Shown here piece after piece: positions 62,486 through 64,000 of a stretch of 64,000 nucleotides of DNA; the first letter of the stretch is position 1, and every line of letters starts with the position of its first letter. Origin of the DNA: an uncultured Bacilli bacterium (GTDB taxonomy: Bacteria > Bacillota_I > Bacilli_A > RFN20 > CAG-449); assembly GCA_947588815.1 (NCBI GenBank), contig CANQAG010000001.1:65038-129037 (forward strand), read 5' to 3'. The position numbers were made by a program, and so were the translations under genes. The notes beneath the pieces are model-generated. The model was not told where the DNA came from, did no database searches, and saw only the letters and a list, made by a program, of their open reading frames with translations.

Positions 62486-63004
62486 GTGAAAGAAAAGAAA
62501 CCTAAGCTAAAAGAAAAACGCAAAAGATATTATATGGTGGATCCGATTTTATTAGTAGCGTCCATTATCTATATTTTTCCCTGTGTAGCATTAGTGATAT
62601 ATTCATTCGTAACTCTTGATAAATATAATGTCTCCGTCTGTGTCTTAGCGATTAGCTTACTTATTTCTTCAATAATTCTTTTCATCATTGCCATTAATGA
62701 TTATATTTTAGTTGATTATCGTCGCCGTTTGGTGTTTTTGAGACACGGAAATTATACTCCTTTAAAATTTGATGATCTTGCCAAAGTGTTCACCGCTAAA
62801 GGTTCTGCGGGAGCTTTTATCGTTTTTAGAGTCAAAGGTTATAATCTATATAATATTCGTTATATTTCTATTTTCGAAAATCGGCAACTTAAAGCCATTA
62901 ACGATTTAGCATCACTTTTTGACGTAACCTTGGTGCCACCTAAAAAAATTAAGCCTAAACCTGTCAAAGAAGAATCCAAAAATCCTTATCTTTTTCCGTT
63001 TTAA
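62486..63004 (+). CDS. hypothetical membrane protein (172 aa, two TM helices, basic C-terminus)
   Basis: The only plus-strand ORF in the neighbourhood. Convergent with the P-type ATPase gene and overlaps it by 4 nt. Confidence 0.45.
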   Translation: MKEKKPKLKEKRKRYYMVDPILLVASIIYIFPCVALVIYSFVTLDKYNVSVCVLAISLLISSIILFIIAINDYILVDYRRRLVFLRHGNYTPLKFDDLAKVFTAKGSAGAFIVFRVKGYNLYNIRYISIFENRQLKAINDLASLFDVTLVPPKKIKPKPVKEESKNPYLFPF

Positions 63005-64000
63005 AGCGATCGATTTTTTTTAGTCACGACTCTTTTTAACCGTATTCTTAAAAATATTTTGCTGATTTCCACTATCGCCAAGGGAGTTAAAGATAAAGTG
63101 GTAACTATGAACCATTCACGTAATGATAGAGCGTGAAAGCCAAAAAGATTTTGAAGGGCCGGCACTAAAACAATTAGCAAAATAAAACAAGATGAAACCA
63201 CTGTAGCAAAAAATAACGGAATATTTTTTGTTTTAGAACTAAAAATCGATTCATAGTTCGATCGTTGGTTAAAGGCATGCAAAAGTTGTGAAAAAGATAA
63301 CACAATAAAAGCCATAGTTTGCCCTAATCGATTAGCGTCATTCGGTAACATTCCTGATTTTACATTTTTAGAATAGCCGATAAAATATGCTAAAAGCGTC
63401 ACCATACAAATAATTAGTCCGTGAGCTATAACTCTTAAAACCACCGCTCGGTCAAACAAAGTATTAGCGTTAACCGGTTTTTCTTTCATAATGCTTTCGC
63501 TTGCAGGATCGACTCCTAAACTTAACGCCGGTAAAGTATCAGTTGCTAAATTAACCCACAATATTTGTAAAGCCGATAACGGAGCAAATTTAAAATTGCA
63601 TAATGTCGCGATAAAAAGGGTCATAATTTCAGCGATGTTTCCGGCGAGTAAAAACTGAATTACTTTTTGAATATTTTTATATACTTTTCGCCCTTCATAT
63701 ATCGCATCGACAATCGTTTTAAAATTATCGTCAAGTAGGACTAATTCCGCCGCGTCTTTAGCGACATCAGTACCACTTTTTCCCATCGCACAACCGATAT
63801 CGGCTTTTTTTAAAGCCGGAGCATCGTTAACCCCATCGCCGGTCATCGCCACAATTGCTCCTTTTTTTTGAAACGCACTGACAATTCGATATTTATCTTG
63901 GGGAGTTACTCTTGAAAAAACCGTAAAATTTTGAATTTGTGCATCTAATTCTTCGTCGCTCATTCTTTGTAAGGTTTCACCATCAATAAAACGATCGTGC
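63001..64000 (-). CDS. P-type cation-transporting ATPase (Ca2+/Mg2+-type), C-terminal part. Partial: it continues beyond the window end.
   Basis: Hinge motif VAMTGDGVNDAPALKKADIGCAMG and C-terminal TM helices. The reading frame stays open upstream of the ORF-track ATG at 63963, through ...HDRFIDGETLQR- to position 64000. Confidence 0.8.
   Translation of the reverse strand, partial: HDRFIDGETLQRMSDEELDAQIQNFTVFSRVTPQDKYRIVSAFQKKGAIVAMTGDGVNDAPALKKADIGCAMGKSGTDVAKDAAELVLLDDNFKTIVDAIYEGRKVYKNIQKVIQFLLAGNIAEIMTLFIATLCNFKFAPLSALQILWVNLATDTLPALSLGVDPASESIMKEKPVNANTLFDRAVVLRVIAHGLIICMVTLLAYFIGYSKNVKSGMLPNDANRLGQTMAFIVLSFSQLLHAFNQRSNYESIFSSKTKNIPLFFATVVSSCFILLIVLVPALQNLFGFHALSLREWFIVTTLSLTPLAIVEISKIFLRIRLKRVVTKKNRSL

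Overview
AT-rich (about 30% GC) window from a low-GC Firmicutes/Mollicutes-like genome, Acholeplasma- or Erysipelotrichia-like. It uses the standard genetic code: UGA is a stop, and long intact homologs end at TAA/TGA. Many cysteine-lipobox lipoproteins are present. Almost every gene is on the minus strand, so the window probably lies within one replichore. Housekeeping backbone: the str operon (rpsL-rpsG-fusA-tuf, with a sigma-70 promoter and a strong tuf terminator); a cysS - MgtC-family - rlmB - sigH-like block; a seven-gene tRNA-modification cluster (tsaE-tsaB-rimI-tsaD-tgt-queA-queH); ung; feoA-feoB with a FeoB-associated Cys-rich peptide; the oligopeptide ABC operon oppABCDF (OppD has the Mollicutes-type long insertion); smpB; rnr; secG; a CUT1-type sugar ABC transporter; zupT; and a Na/Pi cotransporter. 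Less ordinary content: (i) a surface-lipoprotein nuclease trio (ComEC-type MBL-fold lipoprotein, OB-fold lipoprotein, SNase/thermonuclease+OB lipoprotein) directly upstream of the CUT1 ABC transporter; (ii) a Fic/Doc-family gene broken by a single in-frame TAA; (iii) three tandem paralogous RDD-family membrane proteins with long extracytoplasmic loops, flanked by small unknown ORFs; (iv) a TPP riboswitch with a terminator-type expression platform in front of a ThiT-like thiamine transporter; (v) a GerQ-like protein with an N/G/Y-rich prion-like N-terminus; (vi) a 684-aa membrane protein with a K/P/E-rich 'KPI' repeat tail co-oriented with ung; (vii) a catalytically dead IS200/RayT-like (HUH-less) protein next to an orphan lipoprotein. 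No CRISPR array, rRNA, tRNA or prophage was seen. The window begins inside a minus-strand secreted-protein gene and ends inside a minus-strand P-type ATPase gene.
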